Shown here one piece after another: positions 1 to 11,043 of a stretch of DNA of 64,000 nucleotides (the stretch's first letter is position 1; each line of letters opens with the position of its first letter). Source of the DNA: Acidimicrobiia bacterium (GTDB lineage: Bacteria > Actinomycetota > Acidimicrobiia > Spongiisociales > ZC4RG35); NCBI GenBank assembly GCA_965215185.1, contig OZ244034.1, forward strand, positions 1,056,001-1,120,000. Direction: 5' to 3'. The translations under genes were made by a program, and so were the position numbers. Under the pieces are notes generated by a model. That model saw nothing but the letters and a program-made list of their open reading frames with translations, was not told the origin of the DNA and ran no database searches.

Positions 1-654
1 TCATCGCAGCCGGGGCATCGTAGACGTCGATTTCTCCCTGGGCGGCACCACGGGGATGGGGTTGAGACCATCGAGGGCACGCTGGCCGATCTAACTGAGG
101 TGGTTATCCGATCGTGCTGCTGACACAATGGTCAGTGTTTTCAATGAGCTTGCCCCAGAAGGCGACATGCTGTTGAAGGGTGGGTAGCTGTTCTGTACAT
201 GGGACAGGCGACTTCTCCCGGATAAATCCTGGTCGTTGATGATGCGGACGTGGTCCCCCAGCGAACCGGGCGGTGGCCCACGTCGCTCAAATGGCCAGGC
301 GTTCAGATAGAGAATACATGCAGATCGGTCTTCTGAACGCCTTAGAACCTATTGTCGCCGGCGTCTGGAAACCCACCCCGTTTCCATGGCCTGTTTGGCG
401 AAGCCGCCCATGATCCTTCGGGGAAGCTCCAGGGTGCCCCGGAACAGCGCTCCACCCACCATCACAACCAAACGAGGGTCACCTCAAAGCTCAAGGCCCA
501 GGCACCGCGTCAGGTTGCACAGAGGGCGCAACGGCAAGTACCCTAAACGCCACATAAAGCCTCCGCATTCCCTGGCGGTGCCGGTTGTTATCATCAACGA
601 CGGAGGCCGTCTTCTCGCCAGGGCGGTCCACCCAATTAGAAAGGAAGAACATTC

Positions 655-990
655 ATGGACGTTACCAGCCAGCGCACAGATGCGGCGTTGATTGTTTCGG
701 CCGAGGGTCGAGTCGATGGCGCCAATGCCCGCAAATTCCAAAAGGCTGTGGAGAATGTCATCAACGATGGCGACCGCGCCGTAGTCCTGGATATGGCAGG
801 CCTGAACTACATCAGCAGCGCCGGCCTCCGCTCGATACTGCTCATCGCCAAGGGGCTTCAAAAGCGGAACTCTCAGTTCGCGGTGTGCTCGCTGCAGGAT
901 CCCATCCGTGAGGTCTTCCGGATCGTCGGTTTCGACAAGATCGTGTCAATCTACGATTCGCAAGGTGAGGCAATCGACTCCCTCAGCTGA
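655..990 (+). CDS. STAS-domain anti-sigma factor antagonist (RsbV/SpoIIAA-like)
   Basis: 111 aa; EGRVD and LDMAGLNYISSAGLR with the phosphorylatable Ser; AGGAAG RBS upstream. Confidence 0.9.
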   Translation: MDVTSQRTDAALIVSAEGRVDGANARKFQKAVENVINDGDRAVVLDMAGLNYISSAGLRSILLIAKGLQKRNSQFAVCSLQDPIREVFRIVGFDKIVSIYDSQGEAIDSLS

Positions 991-1013
991 CAGTCAACAC
1001 AGGCGGCAAGACA

Positions 1014-2174
1014 GTGAACCGTCCACACAAGATCCTGGTTGTAGATGACGAGCCGGATCTTGAGCCGCTCATGCTCCAACGTATGCGCCGCCATATTCGA
1101 AAGGGCCTGTACACCTTTGTCTTCGCCCGCAATGGTGTGGAGGCTCTTGAAAAACTGAACGCGGATAAAGACATCGACATGGTGCTCTCCGATATCAACA
1201 TGCCTCAGATGGACGGGCTAACCCTGCTTGAACAGATCCCCAAGGTTGCCCCCAACATTCGAGCAGTGATTATCTCCGCATACGGAGATATGAAGAATAT
1301 CCGCACGGCTATGAACCGCGGCGCCTTTGACTTCATCACCAAACCCGTGGACTTCAAGGATCTGCAGATCACCATCGAAAGAACCCTGACGCACATGAAG
1401 GAATGGCGAAAGGCCCTTTCCTACCGGGACAAACTGGTTTCCATACAAAACGAGCTGGAGGTCGCCAGCCGCATTCAGCAATCCATTCTGCCGTCGGAAT
1501 TTCCCGAGGATCCCCGTTTTCAGGTGTTCGGCAACATGGAGCCGGCTCGGGATGTCGGGGGCGATTTCTTCGATATTCTGGACATTGACGGAGATCGCCT
1601 CGGCTTGGCCATTGCCGACGTCTCCGACAAAGGCGTACCAGCCGCGCTCTTCATGATGTCCTGTCGCACACTCTTGAAAGGGGTTGCCATCGGCCTGTCC
1701 GAACCGGGACCGGTCCTAAAAGAGGTCAACGAAATATTGCACAACGACAATGAGACGTTCCTGTTCGTCACCGTACTCTACGCCGTGTATGACCCTTCCA
1801 ACGGGCTTTTCACCTACGCAAGCGGCGGGCATGACGCGCCTCTGTTGGTCCGCGCCGACGGGACCGCCAGCCTCCTACCTCTTACCGGCGGCATAGCTTT
1901 GGGAGTGGTGCCTTCTTGGGAATTCGAACAGAAGACCATCGTACTTGAGCCGGGGGACACCCTTGTTCTCTACACAGACGGGGTTACAGAGGCTCAAAAC
2001 ACCAGTGATCAAGCTTTTGAAGTTGCGGGACTACATAAAATTTTCTCGGGAACCCTTGCCTCCCTTAATGCCAAAGAAGCGACTAACACCGTATTTGAAA
2101 CTGTTAGGACCTTTATGGGAGAGGCTCCCCAGTTTGACGACATCACTTGCCTGACCCTTCATCGAGACAAATAG
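1014..2174 (+). CDS. Response regulator receiver fused to a SpoIIE/PP2C phosphatase (RsbU/RsbP-like)
   Basis: Receiver motifs LVVDDE, SDINMP and FITKP; PP2C motifs VGGDFFD, IADVSDKG, LYTDGVTEA and DDIT. Confidence 0.92.
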   Translation: MNRPHKILVVDDEPDLEPLMLQRMRRHIRKGLYTFVFARNGVEALEKLNADKDIDMVLSDINMPQMDGLTLLEQIPKVAPNIRAVIISAYGDMKNIRTAMNRGAFDFITKPVDFKDLQITIERTLTHMKEWRKALSYRDKLVSIQNELEVASRIQQSILPSEFPEDPRFQVFGNMEPARDVGGDFFDILDIDGDRLGLAIADVSDKGVPAALFMMSCRTLLKGVAIGLSEPGPVLKEVNEILHNDNETFLFVTVLYAVYDPSNGLFTYASGGHDAPLLVRADGTASLLPLTGGIALGVVPSWEFEQKTIVLEPGDTLVLYTDGVTEAQNTSDQAFEVAGLHKIFSGTLASLNAKEATNTVFETVRTFMGEAPQFDDITCLTLHRDK

Positions 2175-2184
2175 GCGGGCCGTT

Positions 2185-2601
2185 TTGAAGATATCCAAAA
2201 TAATCAGGATGAACCCCGACACCGCGGCACTCGAGACGGTGTTCGCTGAGGTGGAAGGGTTTGCGATGGAGGCTGAATGGCCTGCCGACGCAGTTTTCCA
2301 GGTGAAACTGATTCTGGAGGAATTAGTTGTCAATGTTATCAACTACGGGGCTCCCGGTGGTACCACTCCCATCGACATCAAGCTACAGTCTGATGGAGAA
2401 ACCATAACCATCGAGATACAAGATGTTGGCCAGCCTTTTGATCCATTGAGAGATGCTCCCTCTCCTGACCTTTCGCTCGGGCTGGAAGAGCGGCCGATAG
2501 GTGGTCTAGGCCTTTACCTGGTACGTACCATGGTGGATGAGATGCACTACCGGTGGGAGGGCGGCTTTAATCACCTTACGTTGATCACCCGCAGAACTTG
2601 A
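2185..2601 (+). CDS. RsbW-like anti-sigma factor Ser/Thr kinase (HATPase_c_2)
   Basis: LEELVVNVINY, DVGQPFDP, GGLGLYLV; start may be the ATG at about 2209. Confidence 0.88.
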   Translation: MKISKIIRMNPDTAALETVFAEVEGFAMEAEWPADAVFQVKLILEELVVNVINYGAPGGTTPIDIKLQSDGETITIEIQDVGQPFDPLRDAPSPDLSLGLEERPIGGLGLYLVRTMVDEMHYRWEGGFNHLTLITRRT

Positions 2602-3959
2602 TAGGAGAGGTTCGTCTGCCCAAAGACCGAACGTCGGCGCTGAGACTGGGAGTGACAATAGCACTTGTGGCTACGTTGTTTCTGGTTGCCTGCTCAACGT
2701 CGGAACCCGCTGATTTGGCCCCGGCGCCTCCGGCTTCCGATCCCTTGGTTCTAGCCGACATCGAGGAACAAATTGAACTGCTTTTCTCCGACGGTTCGTC
2801 CACTACCACCACTTCAGCTGAAACTCTCAGTACAGACCCCCCAGACCCTGTCGTAGAACAAGGGACACCGGGGGTGACCGCGGACCGAATTCTTTTCGGC
2901 CAGTCTGCAGCCTTTTCAGGACCCGCCGAAGCACTGGGCATCAATATGCGGTATGGAATTGAAGCAGCCTTTGCGGAAGTGAACGATCGGGGTGGTGTCT
3001 ACGGCCGACGACTGGATTTGGTCTCCTTCGACGACGCCTACGAACCCGAAGAGGCCATTGTCAACTCGCAGCGCCTGATTCAGGATGAGCAGGTGTTTGC
3101 GCTGATCGGGGCGGTCGGCACTCCGACTTCACGGTCTGCCACTCCTGTTGCCGCAGAATCCGGAGTTCCATACATCGCGCCTTTCACTGGTGCAGCTTTC
3201 CTGCGAGGGGAGGAGTTGCATGGAACAGTGGTGAACCTACGCGCCTCCTATAACCAGGAGACCGAGGAAATGGTCAAAGGACTGATCGAAGATTTGGGCA
3301 TCACCCAGATTGCCGTACTGTTCCAAGACGATTCCTTCGGCAGGGCCGGATACAACGGAATCCTGGCCGCTCTGAATCGTCGCGGCATGGAACCGGCGGC
3401 AGTAGGTTCCTACACCCGCAATACCACCGCCGTCAAAACCGCCATGTTGGACATCCAGGTCAGCGATCCGGACGCTGTAATCATCATTGGCGCCTACGAA
3501 CCAGCCGCAAGCATGATCTCCTGGTCAAGGTTCACCAACTTCAATCCTGTCTTCATCAACATTTCGTTCGTCGGAAGCAATGCTCTGGCTCAAGAACTCG
3601 GCGCATATGGCTTCGGTGTTTACGTGACTCAAGTAGTTCCGTTTCCAACCGATGACAGCATCCCCGTAGTGGCTGATTATCTCGCTGCATTAAATACTTA
3701 CGTCCCTACGGCGACTCCCGGATTTGTTTCGCTGGAAGGGTATTTAGCTGGACGTCTGGCCGTTGCCGCCCTGGAACGATGCGGACCGGAAGTCAGCCGG
3801 GAGTGCCTTACTGAACGCCTTCGCCAAGAGGGCACCTTTGATCTGGGTGGGTTCCAACTCAGCTACGGGGAAAGCGACAATCAGGGTTCAGACTCAGTGT
3901 TTTGGACAGTTCTTCGCGCCGATGGACGTTATTACCCCATAGAGAGAGTGGGACAATGA
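2598..3959 (+). CDS. Lipoprotein periplasmic binding protein (LIV/PBP1 family)
   Basis: Lipobox LVAC; GQSAAFSGP, DDAYEP and GAVGTPTS motifs. Confidence 0.85.
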   Translation: MIGEVRLPKDRTSALRLGVTIALVATLFLVACSTSEPADLAPAPPASDPLVLADIEEQIELLFSDGSSTTTTSAETLSTDPPDPVVEQGTPGVTADRILFGQSAAFSGPAEALGINMRYGIEAAFAEVNDRGGVYGRRLDLVSFDDAYEPEEAIVNSQRLIQDEQVFALIGAVGTPTSRSATPVAAESGVPYIAPFTGAAFLRGEELHGTVVNLRASYNQETEEMVKGLIEDLGITQIAVLFQDDSFGRAGYNGILAALNRRGMEPAAVGSYTRNTTAVKTAMLDIQVSDPDAVIIIGAYEPAASMISWSRFTNFNPVFINISFVGSNALAQELGAYGFGVYVTQVVPFPTDDSIPVVADYLAALNTYVPTATPGFVSLEGYLAGRLAVAALERCGPEVSRECLTERLRQEGTFDLGGFQLSYGESDNQGSDSVFWTVLRADGRYYPIERVGQ

Positions 3960-3963
3960 GGCG

Positions 3964-6138
3964 ATGATGAACTTCCTCAGGCGCCTGTTGGAGAGTCGTT
4001 TCCGTATCTCCACCCAACTCTATTCGGGCATTTGGGGGGCGGTGGCTCTCACGGTGGGAGCGGGTTTAATCGGTTGGTTCTCCTTCAACCAGGTGGGGGA
4101 GGCCCAAAGCGTGGTGAACGAAGACACGGTTCCGGAGTTGGTGACTGCTTTTGGGATAGCTCAGTACAGCAGCAATCTGGTGGACGCTGCCCCGCGCCTG
4201 ACGACCGCAGCCTCCACGGAGGAACTGGAGTCGATCGCCGCCGGCATTCAGGAAACCAACGTCGCATTCGTCGAACAAGTGGGCTTGTTGTCCCAGGTGG
4301 GAACGGGCAGCGAACGGTTGGAGCTACTCCGAACCTACGCGGATTCACTAATAGCCAACATTGATGCCATTTACCTCGCCGAGCAGGAAATTTCCCGACT
4401 CGCGACGCAAAGAGGGGCTCTTCGGGCCGAACTCGACACGCTCGGCAGCCAATTGTCTGTGATAGTGGTCCCAGCTCTGGATGACCAGTTCTTTTTCGGT
4501 ATGACCGGCTATCGCAGACTTGGCCAGTTACCGATTCCCAGAGAGGAATACCTGACGGAGGAGCAGTTGCTCATCTACCGCCACCTGTCGGAGATACAGG
4601 CCAACAGCAACATCGCCACCCAACTCCTGGCTACCGCGTTCAGTCTCTCCGACGCCTCTCAGGTCGAACCGCTGAGGGAACGTTTCGAGGGCGCCGCCGG
4701 TCAGATAGAGACGAGCCTGGCGATTCTGACCGAAAGCGATTTCCACACAGAGCTGTCTCAAGTCTTCTCTCAACTCTTCTTGAGAGGTCTGGGAGAGGGC
4801 GGGGCATTCGATCTGGCTACCCGAGAGTTGCGCCTGCTGGCCGATCAGGGTGACCTCCTGGAGAGCAACCGGCTTCTAGCGGTGGATCTTCTGAGTGAAG
4901 TGGACGGTTTGGTCAACGCGGCCCGGATACGAGCGGAAGAAGCCACCCTAGCTTCCGAGCAAGCGATTCTGACCGGTCGAAGGCTGCTGTTGGCGATCAG
5001 CATCTTGAGCGTCACCGGCGCCATTCTCATGGCATGGCTGTTTGTAGGCCGGGTGCTGCTCCGTCGGCTCAGCCAGCTTTCCGATTGGATGCTACGGATG
5101 GCCGAGGGAGACCTGGAAAGCCGGATCGAGATCAAAGGGCGCGACGAAGTGGCCGATATGGCTGCCGCCTTGGAGGTATTTCGTATCAATGCCTTGGAGG
5201 TGCAACGCCTCAACCTGGTGGAAAAACTGGCCGGGGAACTGGGGGAAAAGAACGCCGAGTTGGAAAAGGTGCTGGATGACCTGCAACGGGCCCAGGAACG
5301 GATCGTCACACAGCAAAAACTGGCGGCCCTTGGTGAGTTGACCGCTGGGGTGGCGCACGAGATTCGCAATCCGTTGAACTTCGTGAAGAACTTCGCCGAA
5401 GCATCCGAGGAGTTACTGGAAGAACTGCAGAAAATCCTGGAGGAGGCAACTCAAGATGTGGAAGAAGAAGACCAGGGGTACATTCTGGAGATCACAGGGG
5501 ACCTGAACGACAATCTCCAACGCATCCAGTCCCATACACATCGCGCCAACAATATTGTCGAAGACATGCTGAGGATGGGACGGGATTCGGGGGAAATTCG
5601 GGCCGCAAATGTGAACAACTTGGTGCAGGAGCACATGAAGCTGGCCTATCACAGCGCCCGCGCCAGGGATCCTGATTTCAATCTCACCATCCGCGAGGAG
5701 TACGACCCGAATGTGGGGGAGATGGAAGTCGTTCCCCAGGACCTGGGCCGAGTATTCCTCAATCTGGTAAGCAACGCCTGCTATGCAACAGATGAACGAC
5801 GGCGCAAACTGGAAGAAGCCGGCGAACGGGGGGACTTCATGCCGGAGCTAGGGATCAGCACCCACCGTGAGGAGGACCGAGTAGTCGTCCGCGTCGGGGA
5901 TAACGGCGGCGGCATCCCCGACGACGTCGTGGAAAAAATCTTCAATCCGTTCTTTACCACCAAGCCCACCGACCAGGGCACCGGACTCGGTCTGGCGCTC
6001 TCCAGCGACATAGCCCGGCAGCACGGCGGCCTTATCCGCGTCGAGACAACCCCCGGCGAATCCACCACCATGATCATCGAACTCCCCCTCTCAGCCGCCC
6101 ACCCCATAACCGCGTTCGCAGCTGGCGCCGACAGCTGA
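3964..6138 (+). CDS. Membrane sensor histidine kinase with a TorS-like helical extracellular domain, HAMP, HisKA and HATPase
   Basis: Two TM segments; RDEVADMAAALEVF (HAMP); AGVAHEIRNPLN H-box; NLVSNA, DNGGG, PFFTTK and GTGLGL. Confidence 0.9.
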   Translation: MMNFLRRLLESRFRISTQLYSGIWGAVALTVGAGLIGWFSFNQVGEAQSVVNEDTVPELVTAFGIAQYSSNLVDAAPRLTTAASTEELESIAAGIQETNVAFVEQVGLLSQVGTGSERLELLRTYADSLIANIDAIYLAEQEISRLATQRGALRAELDTLGSQLSVIVVPALDDQFFFGMTGYRRLGQLPIPREEYLTEEQLLIYRHLSEIQANSNIATQLLATAFSLSDASQVEPLRERFEGAAGQIETSLAILTESDFHTELSQVFSQLFLRGLGEGGAFDLATRELRLLADQGDLLESNRLLAVDLLSEVDGLVNAARIRAEEATLASEQAILTGRRLLLAISILSVTGAILMAWLFVGRVLLRRLSQLSDWMLRMAEGDLESRIEIKGRDEVADMAAALEVFRINALEVQRLNLVEKLAGELGEKNAELEKVLDDLQRAQERIVTQQKLAALGELTAGVAHEIRNPLNFVKNFAEASEELLEELQKILEEATQDVEEEDQGYILEITGDLNDNLQRIQSHTHRANNIVEDMLRMGRDSGEIRAANVNNLVQEHMKLAYHSARARDPDFNLTIREEYDPNVGEMEVVPQDLGRVFLNLVSNACYATDERRRKLEEAGERGDFMPELGISTHREEDRVVVRVGDNGGGIPDDVVEKIFNPFFTTKPTDQGTGLGLALSSDIARQHGGLIRVETTPGESTTMIIELPLSAAHPITAFAAGADS

Positions 6139-6402
6139 TTCGAGCCTACGGCATCCACAAACAAAGCCAGCGTTTGCAATCTCCATCGCAAGCAGAAAGT
6201 GCTCGACGGCCCGCCTCAAACAGTCTTTTGAAGATGAGTTTGCCCGACTTTCTAAGGCAGGAAAGACGCAGCCGCTTAATACAGGATTACGCAATGTTCC
6301 AGGGTGATCTCGTTTTCATGGCAATGTGTCCGTCTCATCAATGGACTCGTGGTCCAAGTATGGGTTTGCCCCAATGCGAAGAGGGGATTGTGACATCAGT
6401 GA

Positions 6403-7392
6403 GTGGCGGTATTGTGGCAGAAGATGGTTGAAGAACAGAGGCAGTCCGATGCGGTGGTGGTGGACGGGTGCGCGCCTTTGCTGTCCAAGCCAGGTGCTTG
6501 GGAGGGGTGGTTGGTGGGCGGGGTGGACTTGGCGATTCCCACTGTGGCCACCCATGAGGGTCCGGATGAGGCGTTGCCACGGGTCAAAAAGTGGAGGCGT
6601 TGGCTGGAAGAGAACGAACGACTCTCTCATGTGACATCTCCTGCGGACCTGGACCGGTTGGGCGACGGGCGGCTGGGCGTGACGTTCCACTTCCAGAACG
6701 CCACGCCGCTCGGTGAGGACTTGGAGCATTTGGAGCAATACCATCGGTTGGGCGTTCGGATGATCCAGCTCACCTATAACCATCGGAACGCGGTGGGGGA
6801 TGGGTGCATGGAACCCGAGGACGCCGGGCTCACGGGTTTCGGACGGGATCTTTTGAGCGAGATGAACCGCCTGGGAATTGTGATCGACTTGTCCCACACC
6901 GGATACCGCACCACTTTGGAGGCCATCGAAGCTTCTTCGGTTCCAACGGTCTTTTCTCATTCCAACGCCAAGCGGGTATTCGATCACCCCCGCAACATCA
7001 CCGATGGACAGATCCGGGCGGTGGCCGAGCGGGGTGGACTGGTGGGGGTGAACGCGGTCTCGTCCTTCCTCCGTACCGACGGAGTGGGCGCCAACCTTTC
7101 GGACCTGTTGGACCACATCGAGTATTTGGTGGAAATGATCGGTCCGGATCAAGTCTGCCTGGGACTTGACTTCTGGGCGGATGGCGAGATCGACTTCGCG
7201 GAGTGGACCCGTACCGGCCGGTGGACCACCGACGATCTTTCGAAGATGGTCAACTGGCCGCAGGACATTACCGGCCCCGGGCACATTCCCTGTTTGGTGG
7301 AAGGCTTGGTGGAACGGGGCTATTCGGAGACGGCAATCGCCTCCATCATGGGAAATAACTGGGTACGGCTCTTCCGCCAACTCTGGATCTGA
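6403..7392 (+). CDS. Membrane dipeptidase (peptidase M19)
   Basis: GVRMIQLTYN, IDLSH, FSHSN, RNITD and LGLDF motifs; true start uncertain. Confidence 0.85.
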   Translation: MAVLWQKMVEEQRQSDAVVVDGCAPLLSKPGAWEGWLVGGVDLAIPTVATHEGPDEALPRVKKWRRWLEENERLSHVTSPADLDRLGDGRLGVTFHFQNATPLGEDLEHLEQYHRLGVRMIQLTYNHRNAVGDGCMEPEDAGLTGFGRDLLSEMNRLGIVIDLSHTGYRTTLEAIEASSVPTVFSHSNAKRVFDHPRNITDGQIRAVAERGGLVGVNAVSSFLRTDGVGANLSDLLDHIEYLVEMIGPDQVCLGLDFWADGEIDFAEWTRTGRWTTDDLSKMVNWPQDITGPGHIPCLVEGLVERGYSETAIASIMGNNWVRLFRQLWI

Positions 7393-7396
7393 TCGC

Positions 7397-8392
7397 CTAC
7401 AGCGCCAGTCGGGCCCCCTCTACCCTCTCGATCAGGAATCCTCCCAACCGTTCCAACACCTGCGTGGTCTCATCGCTGGGCAACCGCGCCAGGGTCTGGG
7501 AGGCGACCTCGGCATGTCCCAGGGCCACCGAAAGCGCCCTGTCCACGTATTCTCCCTCGACCACCAGGGAGATCACTTCCTCCACTGCCTCCTCGGGATA
7601 GGGTGGGGGATGGGCCAGCAGGTCCCGCACCCGGTGGCCGTTGCCCCCGCGGGCAGCCAGCAGCACCGGGAGGGTGAAGGTTCCTTCCCGGATATCGGCG
7701 CCGGCCGGTTTCCCCAACAGGTCGGTTGTGGCCACCAGATCCAGCGCGTCGTCGGCGATTTGGAACACTCTGCCCAACTCAAAAGCCCAGAGACTGAGAG
7801 CATCCACCACCGGAGGTGGGGCGTCGCCGGCCCGGGCGCCTACGTGAACCGAGGTGCGAATCAGGCTGGCGGTCTTTAGATCGATCACCCGGTGGTAGTT
7901 GGAGATGTCCTGGTCGAGGTGGCCTATCAGTCGGAATTCGAGGGTTTGGCCCTCCACGAGTTCGGTATAGGTTATGGCCAGCATGCGCACCGACTCGATG
8001 TCCAGATAGGTGGAAGCCAACTCGGAGGCCCGAGAGATCAGAAAGTCCCCGGCCAGCACCGCCAGAGTGTTGGTCCAGTTGGCGTTCACCGAAGGACCGC
8101 CCCTGCGGGTGTCCGACTCGTCGATCACATCGTCGTGATACAGACTTCCCACATGAATCAGTTCCACCGCCGCTGCTGCCTCCACCGCCCTTCGATCATG
8201 AGCAGACCCCAAATTGGCCGCTAGCAGGGCCAACAGTGGACGAAGGCGTTTTCCTCCCGCCCGTAGAAGATGCTGGGAGATTTGAGTCATGTAGGGGTCC
8301 AAGGAGGTGCTCACCTCCAGGAGCCGTCCTTCTACCTCTTCGAGCCGGCGCCAAATCTCAGGGACATCGACGAGATGGCGAAAGTCATCCAT
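7397..8392 (-). CDS. Polyprenyl diphosphate synthase
   Basis: GGKRLRP, HDDVID...RRG and FQIADD motifs; start taken at MDDFRHL. Confidence 0.9.
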   Translation of the reverse strand: MDDFRHLVDVPEIWRRLEEVEGRLLEVSTSLDPYMTQISQHLLRAGGKRLRPLLALLAANLGSAHDRRAVEAAAAVELIHVGSLYHDDVIDESDTRRGGPSVNANWTNTLAVLAGDFLISRASELASTYLDIESVRMLAITYTELVEGQTLEFRLIGHLDQDISNYHRVIDLKTASLIRTSVHVGARAGDAPPPVVDALSLWAFELGRVFQIADDALDLVATTDLLGKPAGADIREGTFTLPVLLAARGGNGHRVRDLLAHPPPYPEEAVEEVISLVVEGEYVDRALSVALGHAEVASQTLARLPSDETTQVLERLGGFLIERVEGARLAL

Positions 8393-8526
8393 TGGAATGG
8401 AAAACGTGAAACATATGGTGGAGTTGGCTTTATACTTTCCAGAGAAGGAACCCAAAAGGGTCCTATGGGTGTTATAGACTAGGAACCCCCGGCTGCACCG
8501 GGGAAGTAACGCAGTAAGGAGAGCCT

Positions 8527-11025
8527 TTGTTCGAGCGATTTACGGACCGGGCCCGGCGAGTGGTCGTCATGGCGCAGGAAGAAGCGCGCAAGATGAACCA
8601 TAAATACATAGGCACCGAACACTTGCTGTTGGGCCTTTTGGCGGAAGGAGAGGGCGTCGCCGCCAAGTCGTTGGGGAGCCTCGGCATCGATCTGAACAGC
8701 ACCCGGGAGACGGTGATCCAGACAGTGGGTGTCGGACATCAGGCCCCCACCGGTCACATACCCTTCACCCCCCGGGCCAAGAAGGTGCTGGAGTTGGCGC
8801 TGCGCGAAGCTCTGCAGTTGGGCCACAACTACATTGGCACCGAACACATTCTTTTGGGCCTGATCCGAGAAGGAGAGGGCGTCGCTGCCCAGGTACTCGG
8901 ACAGGCCGAAGCCGGACTGCAGAAAATTCGCCAGACGGTCCTGACGGAACTGTCGGGCTCCGGGGGAGAGGCCGGGAGAGCCAAGGGCCAGCCTCCCCCG
9001 CAGTCGGCTCGGACCGGGGCAGCACGGGAAAGCCACCGCTCGGGATCGAGCATCCTTGACCAGTTCGGACGCAACCTGACCCAGGCGGCACAGGAGAAGA
9101 TTCTCGATCCGGTGATCGGACGGTCGAGGGAGATCGATCGGATGATGCAGATATTGGCGCGCCGCACCAAGAACAACCCGGTGCTGATCGGAGAGCCGGG
9201 GGTAGGCAAGAGCGCCATCGTAGAAGGGTTGGCGCAGCGGATTGTGGCCGGAGAGGTCCCCCGCTCACTCAGCAACCAGATCCTCTACACCATCGACCTG
9301 GGAGCGATGGTGGCTGGCACCCGATACCGGGGAGACTTCGAGGAGCGGATGAAGAAGGTGCTGAAGGAGATCAAAAAGCGCGGCAACGTGATCATCTTTT
9401 TGGACGAGATCCACACCGTGGTGGGCGCTGGCGCCGCCGAGGGGGCCATTGATGCGGCCTCCATCCTCAAGCCCATGCTGGCGAGGGGCGAGTTACAGAC
9501 GATCGGCGCCACCACCCTGGAGGAGTATCGCAAGCATTTTGAGCGTGATTCGGCGCTGGCTCGGCGGTTCCAGCCAGTGAAGGTGGACGAGCCTTCCATC
9601 GCCGACGCGGTCGAGATCCTGATGGGACTCAAGGACCGTTATGAGAGCTTTCATCAGGTGATGTTCACCGATGAGGCGATCATCAGCGCTGTCCATCTGG
9701 CCGACCGCTATGTCTCGGATCGGTTCCTGCCCGACAAGGCCATCGATCTGATGGACGAAGCCGGCAGCCGCAAGAAGCTTTATAGCATGTCACCTCTTCC
9801 TGAAGTGGAGGAGTTGAACATCAAGCTCACCGATCTGCGGATTAAGAAGAGGGATGCCATCGAATCCGACGAGTTCGAGAAAGCCGCCGAATTCCGCGAT
9901 CAGGAAAAGGGGGTTCTCAAAGAACTCGACAAGGCTATCGCCAGGGGGGGAGTGGTGGACAGCAGCTCCTCGGTCATCGACGAGGAGGAGATCGCCGAGG
10001 TGTTGGCCCAGTGGACGGGCATCCCCGTTCAACGCCTCACCGAAGAGGAAACCGCCCGACTGGTGAATATGGAGGAAGAACTCCACCGTCGCATAGTCGG
10101 CCAACACGACGCCATCGCCGCGGTCAGCCGGGCCATCCGACGCACCAGGGCCGGGTTGAAGGATCCCAAGCGTCCCGCTGGTTCGTTCATTTTTCTGGGA
10201 CCTTCAGGAGTGGGCAAGACCGAGTCAGCCAAGGCGCTCACCGAGTTTCTGTTCGGCAACGAGGACTCTTTGATCCAGATCGACATGTCCGAGTACATGG
10301 AGAAGCACGCGGTGAGCCGGCTGATCGGATCACCTCCCGGATACGTGGGCTATGACGAGGGAGGACAACTCACCGAGGCCGTCCGGCGGCGTCCGTTCTC
10401 GGTGGTGCTTTTCGACGAGGTTGAAAAAGCCCACCCCGACGTCTTCAACATTCTCCTTCAGATTCTGGAGGATGGGCGGCTGACCGATTCCCACGGCAAG
10501 TCGGTGGACTTCAAGAACGTGGTGATCATCATGACCTCCAACCTGGGCACCAAGGGAATTCGCAAGAAGTCTGTTGGATTCCACACCGATTCGACCGACG
10601 CGAGCTACGAGCAGATGCGCAACAAGCTGTTCGATGAACTCAAGCGTCACTTCCGGCCCGAGTTTCTGAACCGGATCGATGAGATCATCGTCTTTCGAGA
10701 GCTGACTTTCGACGAGATCAAGGAAATCATCGATCTACTCATGGAACGCGTCAAGAATCAGCTTCGTAACCAACGCCTGGAGTTGGTGCTCGCTGATTCG
10801 GCCAAAGGATACCTGGCCAAGGTGGGTTATGACCCCGACTTGGGCGCCCGGCCTCTGCGGAGGGCGATCCAGCGTTACGTGGAGGATCCTCTGTCGGAGA
10901 AGGTTCTGGTGGGAGAATTCACAGCCGGCACCACCATCCTGGTCAGCCTTGATGAGGAAAACGACGAGTTGGTGCTGGAAGGCTTCGATGTCTCCACCCA
11001 GGTCGAGCCCGCTTCCTCGGGCTGA
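8527..11025 (+). CDS. clpC: ATP-dependent Clp protease ATP-binding subunit ClpC
   Basis: [14 protein letters not shown]-domain repeats; two Walker A motifs ([16 protein letters not shown]); UVR coiled coil. Confidence 0.97.
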   Translation: MFERFTDRARRVVVMAQEEARKMNHKYIGTEHLLLGLLAEGEGVAAKSLGSLGIDLNSTRETVIQTVGVGHQAPTGHIPFTPRAKKVLELALREALQLGHNYIGTEHILLGLIREGEGVAAQVLGQAEAGLQKIRQTVLTELSGSGGEAGRAKGQPPPQSARTGAARESHRSGSSILDQFGRNLTQAAQEKILDPVIGRSREIDRMMQILARRTKNNPVLIGEPGVGKSAIVEGLAQRIVAGEVPRSLSNQILYTIDLGAMVAGTRYRGDFEERMKKVLKEIKKRGNVIIFLDEIHTVVGAGAAEGAIDAASILKPMLARGELQTIGATTLEEYRKHFERDSALARRFQPVKVDEPSIADAVEILMGLKDRYESFHQVMFTDEAIISAVHLADRYVSDRFLPDKAIDLMDEAGSRKKLYSMSPLPEVEELNIKLTDLRIKKRDAIESDEFEKAAEFRDQEKGVLKELDKAIARGGVVDSSSSVIDEEEIAEVLAQWTGIPVQRLTEEETARLVNMEEELHRRIVGQHDAIAAVSRAIRRTRAGLKDPKRPAGSFIFLGPSGVGKTESAKALTEFLFGNEDSLIQIDMSEYMEKHAVSRLIGSPPGYVGYDEGGQLTEAVRRRPFSVVLFDEVEKAHPDVFNILLQILEDGRLTDSHGKSVDFKNVVIIMTSNLGTKGIRKKSVGFHTDSTDASYEQMRNKLFDELKRHFRPEFLNRIDEIIVFRELTFDEIKEIIDLLMERVKNQLRNQRLELVLADSAKGYLAKVGYDPDLGARPLRRAIQRYVEDPLSEKVLVGEFTAGTTILVSLDEENDELVLEGFDVSTQVEPASSG

Positions 11026-11043
11026 TCTGCCCCCGCATCCGAT

